From contig OZ037767.1 in the NCBI GenBank assembly GCA_964035545.1, positions 13,439,801-13,503,800 of the forward strand: 64,000 bases of DNA. Reading direction: 5' to 3'. The translations under genes were made by a program, and so were the position numbers. This document shows positions 1-11,218 of this stretch, piece by piece. Every line of letters starts with the position of its first letter. Position 1 is the first letter of the stretch. The notes below the pieces were generated by a model. The model was not told the origin of the DNA. It saw only the letters and a program-made list of their open reading frames with translations, and ran no database searches. Origin of the DNA: Bugula neritina (taxonomy: Eukaryota; Animalia; Bryozoa).

Positions 1-1020
1 TCAAGCAATAGTTACAATGGTAATACAGACATATTGAGACTGATACTAAATCAAGTTTTACTATAATTATGTTTGGTAATTGAGGTTACTGACGATGCAA
101 TCAACTATCAGTAGGTCTAATGAATAATAAGATTGAATGAAATTGAACTATAACTAACTGTAAGTGCTAGTATTAGTATAGGTATTGGTATAATTTTATT
201 AGTATAAGATTAAATATATAACATACCCATTAAATATCAATAATTTACTATGTACCTACATGTATAATTTTAGTATTTCATTATTTAGTGATTAATTTAC
301 CATGATCATCATAATGATGGCCAAAATTATGATTATGAATATCATAATAATAATAAAATTAATCATACTTGTTAATTTTAAATTTAATTCATGGTTACCA
401 TTGACATTATGATTATAACAAATATATTCATAAACTAAAATTGCTGATAGTATAAGTAATATTAGTATTATAAACAGTAATACGAATACTTACAGTTATA
501 CTAAGTATACCAATACTAATACTAATACTAATATAATATAAATAATAAATATAATATTAATTTTAATTATAAACGTAATTTAATTAATCAATACTAATAA
601 TAATAGTGAATTAGTGCTACTCTTAGTATAACTAAGTCTAACAATAACAGTAACACTAATAGTAATAGTAATACTAATACTAATAGTAACTCAAGCTGTA
701 AGTTTAAGTCAAGTGTAACTCAAATTCACATACTTATAGTGCTGCTACTGTGTTACTGTTAGTGTTAGTGTCTCTGTTAGTGTTGGTAACTGTAAGTGTA
801 ACACTAATACGAATAGAGTAATACTCAGTAAGTCAGCAATTGTAACATAACAGTAACAGTAAGTCATAAGTGTAACATTAACAGTATCAGTATGAGTAAC
901 AGTAACTGCAATTTTAAAAATAAATCATTAAATCATAAATCTAAATGTAATAGTTTAACTTTAAATACAAATTTAAATTAAACTTGAAGTTTAGTTAAAT
1001 TTTTATTTAAAATTAAAATA
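1..1020. repeat. AT-rich low-complexity region with degenerate (AGTAAY/ACTAAT)n hexamer repeats
   Basis: Recurrent agtaat/agtaac/actaat units, very low GC, no ORF. Confidence 0.6.
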
Positions 1021-4013
1021 ACAAGGATCAACCTAAAGAAAGATTCAATTTACAGCTAAGAAATTTCATGCAAAAGTGCTTCACTTGAACTTTACAAAGT
1101 TCGATTTATAGAGCTGTCCAGGCCAGTTGTCTATCGAAAGTTTAGCAAAAGAAAGTTGCAATGAAAATGTGGATCCTGTTGTTTTTCCTTTAGTACACGA
1201 ATCACATTGCATAACCATTGTAGAATGTTAAAGACGTTACCGAATTAGAGTTTGTTCAGTATAAACACGATATACCACTTGTCTTTTGTGAAACTCTCTG
1301 ATCGCAATAGCCAAGACAGGACAACCCCAACTCTAATCTGTTGGGGGGTTATGAGGAAATCAATTATAATAGACTATTATATCTTACTAATATGTTGTTA
1401 AACTTAGTTTTTGTTTCATTATTTATGATTTTTACAAGTTATTTAAAAGCATAATGCATGTAATAATATTTTCTCACCATATCCTTGAAGCCATTGAACT
1501 ATCATAAGTTTTAGTTCAGTTGTGATAGATTTTTCCGGAGAACATGGATCCTTGTGAGTAAGAGAAGAGATCAGAAAGGTTTCGAGGTGTATCAATCTAT
1601 ATTAGTGTAGAAGATATAATATACTAGTCTGTATATCCAAGATCTGTCCTTGGCAAGCTCCAGTGCATGGTAGACTGAACTACACTGGAAACTCAACTGC
1701 TTATATACTCTAGAAATCGGGTGCTTTAAACATCGGGAGCCCCGAAGTTCAGACGCCCCCGACTTTTACTAGAAGATTCTACCCGGTCGTTGGGTGAAAT
1801 TGTACACCCCAAACTTCAGGCGCGCCGAATCGGACTCCTGAATTTCGGTACCTTCCGACTTTGGCTGAAGATCAGATTTACAGCACAAAAGAAATGGACA
1901 GTTAAAAATATAGTTGCAAGAGAAGACAATTTTAAAGTTAGCCCCAAAATCTACTACGCATTGCTTGAAACTTTGACAAAGCTTTTGGAATCCATACTAT
2001 TCTTTCATACTCAAGTTAATATAAATCCGATAGTGTCGTAGCTTTAGTTTTATCATTATCCGGTTGTCTTCTCTTGTTATTTGAGGAAAGTATAGGTATA
2101 GTTGAATTGGTTTAGCACACTAATATTGAATATTTTAATTAATTCAACGAGTTGGCTCTGGTGTGGGTGTGGCCACGTAGTGACTTATATGAATAATGTT
2201 GTAGTTTTGTGCACTACACAATTTGGGTGTTATTGTATCAGGAGTTATTGCTGCATGCTCTACTATAAAGTTACGAGAGAAGCCAAGATATTGGACGTTT
2301 ATAATAGAAGTGTATTGAAGTCTAATTATACACAAATAAAGTCACCAATAAGCATGAGAGAACAGATACATATATAATAGCTACACAACGTTATCCTGGT
2401 CTATTCGATAGTTTTCCACCAACTGAGGCTGGGCGCCGGAAGGCGCTGTTCATATCCGGCAGGTTATTGTTAATTGGCTAGTAAAAGGTTCTGACGGTGT
2501 CACCGTATGTGGGGATGCAGTGCCGCATAGAACTGCGGCATCGCTTACAGAGTTGTGGTCTCTCTACTTAATACTTCATAATACATTATAACTGTTCTTG
2601 TGAATACTTAGACAGAGGGTACTGGGGTGTATACTTCCCATAGCTACTACAATAACATAATATAGGTATATTATAAGAGAGGATGTTTGAGATTGAGTGA
2701 ATAGTGTACATACAGAGAGATAGAGTAGCATGCTTGTGAGCAATAGAATAGAGTGGGCATAGAGAGGGATTGTGATCAAATGCAATAAATTAAGTTATAA
2801 CTTTTGAATTTTCCATCATTCATTGTTACTCTGAAGATGGCAGGCTCAAAGTGAGTTAATAGTTTAGGTCGCTGATTTATGAATAGTCATGAGTAATACT
2901 TATAGTTAGAAAGGTAGGACACACAACTCCGAATTATTAAAAGAAGCACTAAAATATTATATCATTAATTTTCAATCATTCATTGTTACTCTGATGATGG
3001 ACGCAATGGTGCTTAAAATATCAGTTTATTTTGTTTAATTAATAAAGTAATAAAAAAATGTTTCTGGTGTACCTATTCGTAATAAAATAAGATCGTGCTA
3101 TGTGAATGCTTAGCCCAAAATCAAAGACTGCGGAACACTCTCTCCCCGAGTTAACTCAAAGGCTGCGATAGACTATAAAATATAAAATAAAAAAAATAAA
3201 TGAAACTCTCAAAACTGACATGGCAATATTGACAACTATGTATGGTATGACGGCTTTGTACTTCAAAAAAAAGTATAACAGTAGCAACTATCAAAAAAAT
3301 GTTATTGGACTGAATGTGTAAAGAAAATAAAAATGAAGAGTTTGAGCAAAAGACCTACAGCTCAAGTGAAATCTATCACTTCCATTGTTATCTTTGAATA
3401 AGCAAGTTGAATGATTTTTTCCTCATAACTGAATCTTATAAAAAATGATAGCTTGTGGTCTCGCTGGTCAGCATTCTGGTGAGCAGATCGGTCAAAAAAA
3501 CTCTATGCCTTCTAAAAAATGTCTGAAACAGTATTATATATTTTCACTTAAATATTACTTTTACTTACCTATTGATTTGCACACTAAAACTATGAGTTTG
3601 TAAATTGCAAATCAAGAATCTTAAGGCCACTGTATTTAGTATTATATATCACAGCAACCACATTTGCATTGATTATAGCCCGACTTTAAGCAAAATTATT
3701 TATTTTGTTTTGTTTCTCTTTCTGTATCATCTCTGAAAAATATAGTGATAAATGTAAGATAGTAACATGTAAACATAGTAACATAAATGATATCACTGCA
3801 GTTTTTCCTTTGCAACTTGCTATATGTTGTAATTATTTTATTATGACAGCTATAACAGTTAGAGGGAATTACAATCACTCTTAGTAAAAGCACAATTTAA
3901 ATATTGTTGATTATTGGAACTACCCGTTGTTTTGCTTTGTCTTGTACTATTTTTGAAAAACACTTAAATTGAATAAAAATGCTAATGCAAAGAGATAGCT
4001 TCTATTTTTATAT

Positions 4014-4318
4014 TGTGGTGGTTCGTGGAACTACCAGCAGCACAACATGTAGGGTCGCGTAATTGACCCGGAACAATGGATAGCCAATTAGCGTAGTTGA
4101 TAGTTAGCAGCAATTGTAGTTTCCCGCTGCTAACTCAGTCGAAGCTAGAGTGTGAAATAGATTAGATGTGTAACTTGTTTGGAAATAATGTATCGTTTTT
4201 ATAATGTATAATTGTGTGTAAAATATACTCGTTCACTCGACTTATCCTGGTGCAGTTCTATAGCTAATAAATAGACTCTCTGGATAGCACATCAACCCTA
4301 AATCTGAAAATCATAACA
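4014..4318 (+). repeat. 5' LTR
   Basis: TGTGGTGG...ATAACA; no difference from 11219-11523 seen on manual comparison; contains AATAAA. Confidence 0.97.
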
Positions 4319-4319
4319 G

Positions 4320-4337
4320 TGGTGGCAGCGGTGGGAT
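4320..4337 (+). promoter_or_regulatory. Primer binding site complementary to tRNA-Leu 3' end
   Basis: TGGTGGCAGCGGTGGGAT one base after the LTR; reverse complement ATCCCACCGCTGCCACCA is the 3' end of metazoan tRNA-Leu(AAG/TAG) plus CCA. Confidence 0.9.
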
Positions 4338-4349
4338 AGTGCATCCAAG

Positions 4350-5303
4350 ATGGAGACTGAAAATGCTGGAACTCAACCACCGGCAATCGAAGGTGAGCGT
4401 AGAGACAATGCTGTAGAGACAATGCCTGTTAACCATGTAGTAGAAGAGCGAAGGGTTCCGCGAGAACTAGCTGAGGACCGCTACAGGTTAAAGGCGCCCA
4501 CCTTCACGGGTGAAGAGGAGGTGGAACAATTTATCCAAGAGTTTAGCGACGTAATGGACGTCGCCCAGTGGCCCCCTAGGGTGGCCTTGCTGAAGCTTAG
4601 AATGGCATTGATGGACAAAGCCAAGCCTTATGGGCTGGGCGTAGACATTGATAATATCTTTGCTTCTCTGCGGGCCCGCTTCGGCCTCTCTGCTACAGAT
4701 GCCAGGGCCCGATTGCAGAGGTTGCGGCGTGATCCCCGCACCCCGCTGCGGGAGCACGCCGCCGCGGTCATGAAGCTGGCACAGATCGCGTACAGCGACT
4801 TGCCCCCAGTCAACCGCGAGAGGTACACCCTCGACGCTTTCATAGCATCTGTCGACGATCTGGGTCTCCACCACCAGTTTCTAGCTAGGGGAGTCACCAC
4901 CGTTGAAGATGCTCTGACTGAGGGGGAAGCTTACCTCCTAGCTAATCAAATGCATAAAAGTCGCGGGAGCTCCCGTCAAGTGGAGATAGACCGCGCAGAC
5001 ACGGCCGCGGGACAAGGGGAGGAAACCCCCGCCGCGGCTGCCGTGTCCCAGTTGGCAACGGCATCAAAAGTCACTCAACTGACAGACATGCTAGCCAAGC
5101 TGATAGCAACACTGACACCACAAACCCCAGTGAGTACCGCCCCTGAGCCCATGCGGCCACCGGCGCCGCCACAGGGAGAAACAGTCAGTTTTTGCTGGGA
5201 GTGCGGAAATCAAGGACATTTCCGCCGATACTATCCCTTCCTAAATCAGGGGTTAAACTACCGCGGCCCGCAGATGTTCCCACCTCCTGCGGGCCAACGA
5301 TGA
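4350..5303 (+). CDS. gag: Gag (317 aa) with degenerate CCHC zinc knuckle
   Basis: ATG just after the PBS; capsid-like 'APTFTGEEEVEQFIQEF...W'; CWECGNQGHFRRYY (last Cys replaced by Tyr). Confidence 0.92.
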   Translation: METENAGTQPPAIEGERRDNAVETMPVNHVVEERRVPRELAEDRYRLKAPTFTGEEEVEQFIQEFSDVMDVAQWPPRVALLKLRMALMDKAKPYGLGVDIDNIFASLRARFGLSATDARARLQRLRRDPRTPLREHAAAVMKLAQIAYSDLPPVNRERYTLDAFIASVDDLGLHHQFLARGVTTVEDALTEGEAYLLANQMHKSRGSSRQVEIDRADTAAGQGEETPAAAAVSQLATASKVTQLTDMLAKLIATLTPQTPVSTAPEPMRPPAPPQGETVSFCWECGNQGHFRRYYPFLNQGLNYRGPQMFPPPAGQR

Positions 5304-8300
5304 AACCCCCAGGGAAGAAGAAACGCAGGTCACCCAGACGGGTACCGCGTACTGGCAACCAACAGTGGCAACAGCCACGACGGACCAGCAAGGGGCTTCG
5401 CCCCGCGGCTGCCTTTTCTATGCCCCTTCACAACAGATTCACAGGGCTACAAGTCCAAGAATCTGGATGGGAGCCCACAAAGGTAGCCGAGAATCTAGCC
5501 TCGGCACCCCCGAGGCCTACCTACCACCGCCCCAAGAGACCTCCTTCGCGACCCAAAGCGAGGGAGGTACTCCCTGCGAGAGTAAGGCCTGAAGAGAGAG
5601 TTCAGGTGCAGCCCCATGGGAACAGCTATTTCTTGCCCGGTAAACTGGAAGGCAAAGCTGTTACTTTCCTCATTGATTTGGGCTGTACCACAAACCTCTT
5701 AAGCCGCCAACTCTTCGACACCCTCAGTGCTAGGGTCAGGGGCGAGATGGAACCATACGAAGGGGAATACGGCACCCTAGCTGACGGGTCGTGCCTTCCC
5801 TTCTATGGTATAATTGAGCTGACGGGACGAGTCCGTGGTCAGACGATCCAAGAGACGTTCATCGTCAGTCAGCTCAAGGAGGATGCTATCCTCGGGATGC
5901 CGTTCCTTAAACGGCACGGATGTCACATAGATTTTAGCAGATCTGCAATGATGATGTCCGGGCGAGAACTCGCCTGCGTCGACAAGTTCGGCCGCCCTTT
6001 AGTGGGAGGTGTGCAAGTGGTACGCAACCGTATCATACCAGGCCGCTCCCGGGCTACCATTCACTGCAGGGTGAATAATAGCCGGATCTCTGGACTCGGG
6101 GTGGTTGAAGGCGCGCACGAAAAGATCCAACTTGCCAGCAGTCTGAATCAGCTGACTGAGCAAGGGGAGATCTTAGTGCAGTGCGTCAACCCCTTTACCG
6201 AGCCTATCAAGCTCCCGGCTGGGTCGATGCTGGGCCGTTTTCACTCTGTTCAGGAGGAAGACGTAGGCCCGTCGCTGGGTGATGCGACAGAGGCACTCCC
6301 TCAGTGCCCTATTCAGGGACGAGGGGCAGTCCCAACACATCTCCGGGAGTTATACGGAACAGCCAGTGGCGGCTGCGCGAGCAACAAGGAACGCCAAGCC
6401 ATGGCGAAGTTACTACGCGACTACGGTGATGTGTTCAGCAGCGGAGAGCATGACGTGGGACTGACTGGAATTGTCAGACACGAAATACCGCTGACTGCAG
6501 GGACAGCCCCTGTCCGGCAGCCCACACGCAGGCTGGGGCCGGAGAAAGAGAAGGAGGTTAGCCGACAAGTACGGGATCTTTTGGACCGGGGACTGATAGA
6601 GCCCGCCCATAGTGCGTGGAGCTCGCCAGTCGTACTGGTCCGGAAGAAAGACGGCAGTTGGCGGTTCTGTGTGGACTACCGCAAACTCAATAGCGTAACC
6701 ATACAGGACGCCTACCCTCTACCTCGTATTGACGAGTCATTGGACGCCCTAGCCGGCAGCAAGTACTTCAGTACGTTAGACTTGTTAAGCGGCTATTGGC
6801 AGGTTCCTCTGAGTCCCGACGCCCAAGAGAAAGCGGCGTTTATCACACGGGACGGTTTGTGGAAGTGGAAGGTGCTGCCCTTCGGGTTAACCTCCGCCCC
6901 GGCCACCTTCCAGAGGCTGATGGAACAAGTCCTTAGCGGACTCCATTGGAAGACACTGCTGGTCTACCTCGATGATGTCATCGTAATCTCTCCAGACTTC
7001 GAGACACATGTCAGTCGTCTGCAGGAGGTTTTCGAGAGACTCCGAGGTGCCGGTCTTAAGCTCAAACCTTCCAAGTGCGCTCTATTGCAGCCGGAGGTCA
7101 AGTACCTGGGGCACGTTGTCGGTCGAAACGGCGTGGCAACGGATCCCGAAAAGGTACGGGCAGTAGAAGACTGGGTCACCCCCCAAGACTTGACCGGACT
7201 CCGGGCTTTCTTGGGGCTGGTAGGGTATTACAGGCAATACATACCAGACTTTGCGGGCATAGCCCAGCCGTTAAACCGGCTCACCGCAAAGGGAGTGACG
7301 TGGCAGTGGACTCCAGTCGAACAAGAAGCGTTCGACCGCCTCAAGGCCTGCCTACTAACGGCGCCCATCTTGGCCTACCCAGACCCCACTCTGGAGTACA
7401 TCCTAGACACGGACGCCAGTGACCAAAATGTTGGCGCTGTGCTGTCACAAGTGCAGGAAGGCCGAGAGGTAGTAGTAGCCTACTACAGCAAGTCTCTCTC
7501 ACCCGCTGAACGAAATTACTGCACTACCCGCAAGGAGCTGCTGGCAGTAATCAAGTCAGTGAAGCACTTCAGACCATACCTATATGGCAGGAAGTTCCGG
7601 CTGAGTACGGATCATGCCTCGCTGATCTGGTTGTGCAGGAGAGCAGAGCCCTCTAGTCAGGTCGCCCGGTGGCTCGAAATCCTAGCTGAATTCTCATACC
7701 GGATCGAACATCGACCGGGCAAGAGACACAGCAATGCGGATGGGTTGAGTCGCCGACCTGACGGAGGTTGCAAACAGTGTCTCAACATCGAGAGGAGGGA
7801 TGGAGGTCCCCCGCGATGCGAGTTGGAGACGCTGGCTCACCACGGAGCACCGTTTGACTGGGATCAAGGTCAACTCAGGCAAAGAGTTGATGAGTCCCCG
7901 GAGGATGTACAAAACCTCCGCGCCAACCCTGTACTGGCCGGTAATGTTCGAGAGCTGAAAAAGCTCCAAGAGGAGCTGCCTGGAGTCGTGGCAGACATAT
8001 ACCGGGCCAAAAGGGAAGGGCGACGACCCAGCGAGGAACGCATACGACAGGAATGCGCCGAATTCCGGCTATACTGTCAGCGTTGGGACTCGCTGCGGAT
8101 CGGGCAGGATGGGTTGCTAACCATCTCTCTAGCTGCCAGCGGCAGACACCCGGAAAGGAAGAGGGTAGTCTGCCCCACAGCCATCCGCCGTGAGTTGATT
8201 TGGGATACTCACAAACAGGCCCACGCAGGGGTCAAGCGAGTGATGTCCAAATTACGACTCCGGTGGTACTGGCCACAAATGGAGCGTGATGTCCGGCTCA

Positions 8301-9238
8301 GAGTCAAACAGTGTGAGATCTGCCAGGCCAGTAAGCATAGCCGCCCCCCTGGTGAAGCAGGACGGCGGAGGCTATACGCTGGTAGGCCCTGGCAAGTAGT
8401 CGCTGTAGACCTGGTCGGACCCATGCCCCTGACCCCCAGAGGCAACAATTGGATCCTAGTACTAACCGACCACTTTACTAGGTGGGCGGATGCTCTGGCT
8501 ATCCCAGATGCATCAGCCCCAACAGTGGCCAGGGCACTAGACCAACATGTATTCTGTTATTTTGGGCTCCCCGAACAGATACACTCTGATCAAGGCGCTC
8601 AATTCCAGTCTCAACTGATGAGCGACCTTTGCCGCCTCTGGGGAGTAAATCAGAGCAGGACCACCCCCTACCACCCTCAAGGTAACGGGGTGGTGGAGCG
8701 CAACAACCGGATGCTAGGTGATGCACTCCGGAGTCTCCTCCTTGGACGAGGTCAAGAGGAATGGGATACGGTGTTGCCGCAAGTCATGCGTGCATACCGT
8801 AGCACTCCACACACCAGTACTGGTGAGACCCCAAACCTCTTGATGCTCGGGAGAGAGACTCGTGTCCCTGACCATCTCACCTATCACGTTCCAGAGCAAG
8901 ATAACTCAGTCCACGAGTATGCCAGTGAACTAGTGGAACGGATGAAGGCCGCACACGATATACTGCGCCAACAGCAGTGGAAGGTGCGGCACGAAGATTC
9001 CGATGAACCACCTCTCTATCAAAGGGGAGATAAGGTGTGGATGGTCAATTACCGTAGGCGCCGCGGACAGGCTGATAAGCTGAAGCCCAAGTTTGTAGGC
9101 CCCTACGTGGTCGTCGAGGCTATGCCCAATCATACGTACAAGATTGAGCGCTCAGGACAGGTGTCTATCCAGAATGAGTCTCGCTTGAAACCGTATTGGG
9201 CTAGCCCCGACGGAGTGGGAGAAGCCCCCCGTTGTTAG
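5192..9238 (+). CDS. pol: Pol polyprotein (protease, RT, RNase H, integrase) in the -1 frame relative to gag; probably made as a Gag-Pol fusion
   Basis: FLIDLGC protease motif; WRFCVDYRKLN, LPFGL and YLDD in RT; TDAS in RNase H; HHCC, DDE core and GPY motif in integrase. Confidence 0.97.
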   Translation: MLGVRKSRTFPPILSLPKSGVKLPRPADVPTSCGPTMKPPGKKKRRSPRRVPRTGNQQWQQPRRTSKGLRPAAAFSMPLHNRFTGLQVQESGWEPTKVAENLASAPPRPTYHRPKRPPSRPKAREVLPARVRPEERVQVQPHGNSYFLPGKLEGKAVTFLIDLGCTTNLLSRQLFDTLSARVRGEMEPYEGEYGTLADGSCLPFYGIIELTGRVRGQTIQETFIVSQLKEDAILGMPFLKRHGCHIDFSRSAMMMSGRELACVDKFGRPLVGGVQVVRNRIIPGRSRATIHCRVNNSRISGLGVVEGAHEKIQLASSLNQLTEQGEILVQCVNPFTEPIKLPAGSMLGRFHSVQEEDVGPSLGDATEALPQCPIQGRGAVPTHLRELYGTASGGCASNKERQAMAKLLRDYGDVFSSGEHDVGLTGIVRHEIPLTAGTAPVRQPTRRLGPEKEKEVSRQVRDLLDRGLIEPAHSAWSSPVVLVRKKDGSWRFCVDYRKLNSVTIQDAYPLPRIDESLDALAGSKYFSTLDLLSGYWQVPLSPDAQEKAAFITRDGLWKWKVLPFGLTSAPATFQRLMEQVLSGLHWKTLLVYLDDVIVISPDFETHVSRLQEVFERLRGAGLKLKPSKCALLQPEVKYLGHVVGRNGVATDPEKVRAVEDWVTPQDLTGLRAFLGLVGYYRQYIPDFAGIAQPLNRLTAKGVTWQWTPVEQEAFDRLKACLLTAPILAYPDPTLEYILDTDASDQNVGAVLSQVQEGREVVVAYYSKSLSPAERNYCTTRKELLAVIKSVKHFRPYLYGRKFRLSTDHASLIWLCRRAEPSSQVARWLEILAEFSYRIEHRPGKRHSNADGLSRRPDGGCKQCLNIERRDGGPPRCELETLAHHGAPFDWDQGQLRQRVDESPEDVQNLRANPVLAGNVRELKKLQEELPGVVADIYRAKREGRRPSEERIRQECAEFRLYCQRWDSLRIGQDGLLTISLAASGRHPERKRVVCPTAIRRELIWDTHKQAHAGVKRVMSKLRLRWYWPQMERDVRLRVKQCEICQASKHSRPPGEAGRRRLYAGRPWQVVAVDLVGPMPLTPRGNNWILVLTDHFTRWADALAIPDASAPTVARALDQHVFCYFGLPEQIHSDQGAQFQSQLMSDLCRLWGVNQSRTTPYHPQGNGVVERNNRMLGDALRSLLLGRGQEEWDTVLPQVMRAYRSTPHTSTGETPNLLMLGRETRVPDHLTYHVPEQDNSVHEYASELVERMKAAHDILRQQQWKVRHEDSDEPPLYQRGDKVWMVNYRRRRGQADKLKPKFVGPYVVVEAMPNHTYKIERSGQVSIQNESRLKPYWASPDGVGEAPRC
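5252..5316 (+). promoter_or_regulatory. Predicted -1 ribosomal frameshift signal
   Basis: G-TTA-AAC slippery heptamer in gag frame (5252-5258), 6-nt spacer, 9-bp stem GGCCCGCAG (5265-5273)/CTGCGGGCC (5287-5295); loop TTCCC could pair with GGGAA (5312-5316). Confidence 0.75.
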
Positions 9239-9822
9239 AGCCCAGGAGGCAGACAACAACGCGCGGGCGACGGCGGCATGGACCTGAATACGAAGTGGTC
9301 ATACCGCGGGAAGAAAACTTGGTGAGAGAGGAGCGGCAGCTTCTACCAACAGAAGCTTGTTCGCCACCGCCAAGTCTAATTCCATCACTTCCAGAAACCG
9401 AGCCGGTTCCGGAAGTGCAAACCCCCACGGAGGGAGGAGCTCCATCCGGAGAACAAGAAGAGGTGACCGCTAACGGTGAAGTAGAGACGCCATTAGAGGC
9501 CCCTACTAACGAACCGGCAAGCGTGTCACCCTCCCTAGAAAGGGGACAGCGTACGAGGCAACCCCCCGCATACTTGAAGGACTTCATATGCGACTGCGTT
9601 AAAAGCGGCGTGTATGAAAGTCTAGGGGAAAACCGTACGAGAAAAGTATCGAGCAAATGTGGGAGTTGTCAACACCACGGAAATATCAACTTTTGTATCG
9701 GCGGAGATAGAAACAAAATTCATCCGCCGGGTGCACAAAGTCTTAATCACGCACCCCAACCACGTTGCTCGATCTTTTCATACGCTGATGCAGTCAGGAG
9801 TAGACGTGTTTCTAAGCAGTAG
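9232..9822 (+). CDS. Probable frameshifted C-terminal tail of Pol (Pro/Glu-rich)
   Basis: Adding one C to the C6 run at 9225-9230 fuses it to pol (GEAPPLLEPRR); contains RTRQPPAYLKDF, typical of Gypsy integrase tails. Confidence 0.7.
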   Translation: MLEPRRQTTTRGRRRHGPEYEVVIPREENLVREERQLLPTEACSPPPSLIPSLPETEPVPEVQTPTEGGAPSGEQEEVTANGEVETPLEAPTNEPASVSPSLERGQRTRQPPAYLKDFICDCVKSGVYESLGENRTRKVSSKCGSCQHHGNINFCIGGDRNKIHPPGAQSLNHAPQPRCSIFSYADAVRSRRVSKQ

Positions 9823-9846
9823 TTCAAACCATTTCACACATTCAGT

Positions 9847-10923
9847 ATGTCTTACGACAACAGATTGTGGGGTGAGTTAACTATATCTTAATACAAAACT
9901 AGATTGCATCGCTCAGCTCTGACTCACTGAGTCAATCGAGCTGGAGATAGGTTAGTGAAATACCGTAGTAAGAACTCAGTTGACTTAGAGATTTTTATAA
10001 TCTCATTGCAATACGTGTTCTATCTGACTATTCACTACCATAAATCTCTACGAGGTAACTGAATTAGGAGTTGCCAAGCTGTTCAAGCTAACAACACGGC
10101 AGTGTACTGTATTAACACTGTTGAAACTTTTTCAGATTACACTCGACCCGCTACAACCAGGGTACGGGATAGAACACTTCCCGCTCCGTATCCGGAGGAG
10201 TATGCTAGTGGTGACCGGCCTGAGCCACTACGCCGCCGTTGGCGGTGGGTGTCTCCACAAACAGAGGAAGAAATAGAAACGGCCTGGGGGTCCAGAGGAC
10301 GGACGAGATGCCAGATCTGTGGTGAAGATTGCGCCTCTCATCGCTCCCTTAAACTACACGTCAATGCTCATCTCCTACTAACATTCTGCCCCTGCGGGTA
10401 CAATGATGTGTATCCCTACCCCGTCACCAGACACCGAGCGGCGGGCTGTTTCCCTGGAGAAAACTACGTGGTCGACGCTAAGCTATACCCGGAGTTCCTC
10501 ACACTTATACGACCTCTGGTGAAGAAGGCCATGCTGTTAGCCCTTCTGTCCTCGGGGTTCCAACGTGTGTTAGACAACGCCCGCCAACAATCCCCGTTGG
10601 TGTCTGACCGCCCTCAAATTACATACACCCCCGAGGAAATTACATATCCAGAAGAAGGAGAGATCTCCCCTACCCCGACGAAGAGACGAACCAGGTCCCC
10701 CAGTCCACCCTTGCGCCGCAGACGGACACCGTCCCCAGACCCAGTACGCCTAGCCACAGTAGAAGAACGCCTCCTACGATTACAAGAAGAATTCACCCAG
10801 CTGGCACCAGATCTACTTAACACTACAACAGGACTCTTCCAGTTAAAGGGATCCGTATGCCGTATGAAACGGAAACTGCGTACATGCCAAGCCAAGCACC
10901 GGCGTGCCCAACAAGGACTCTAG
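9847..10923 (+). CDS. Predicted spliced third ORF of the retrotransposon (~270 aa): C2H2-like zinc finger, RS/SP-rich stretch, coiled coil
   Basis: Exon 9847-9871 (MSYDNRLW+G), donor GTGAGT at 9872, acceptor TTTTTCAG ending 10135, exon 10136-10923; junction G/AT gives in-frame Asp. Confidence 0.7.
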
Positions 10924-11207
10924 TTGGCTACCCAGAATACTCCGCAACTTCACATCTTGGGAGGAACCAAGATGTCATGCAAATGTTTGACTGCTTAACA
11001 GGTTATCCCCTGTCTAACACCACAGCTAGCTAGTATTCCTCGTCTATCTACAGCTGGCCAATTGTATGCAACGGATCGTTACGATGACCCTGTCTATTAT
11101 TATGTCTCTTCCTGTATATTATGTGTTATTTTTGTCCACTGATGTATGCAGTTACTAATGAATGTTTTTTTTTATATATATATATATCAGAAAGATGGCT
11201 TTCTGCT

Positions 11208-11218
11208 GGTGGGGGCGG
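11208..11218 (+). promoter_or_regulatory. Polypurine tract
   Basis: GGTGGGGGCGG directly before the 3' LTR. Confidence 0.7.

Noticed and set aside
2807-3000. CTGAAGA/CTGATGA in a direct repeat as hammerhead cores
   Set aside because: No stem II followed by GAAA and no stem III/cleavage triplet could be built
4488-9656. Antisense and alternate-frame ORFs within gag/pol
   Set aside because: Expected shadow ORFs in GC-rich coding sequence; no motifs
10102-10923. ORF3 as an env gene
   Set aside because: No signal peptide, TM helix or fusion-protein features; zinc-finger and basic RS/SP content point to an intracellular protein
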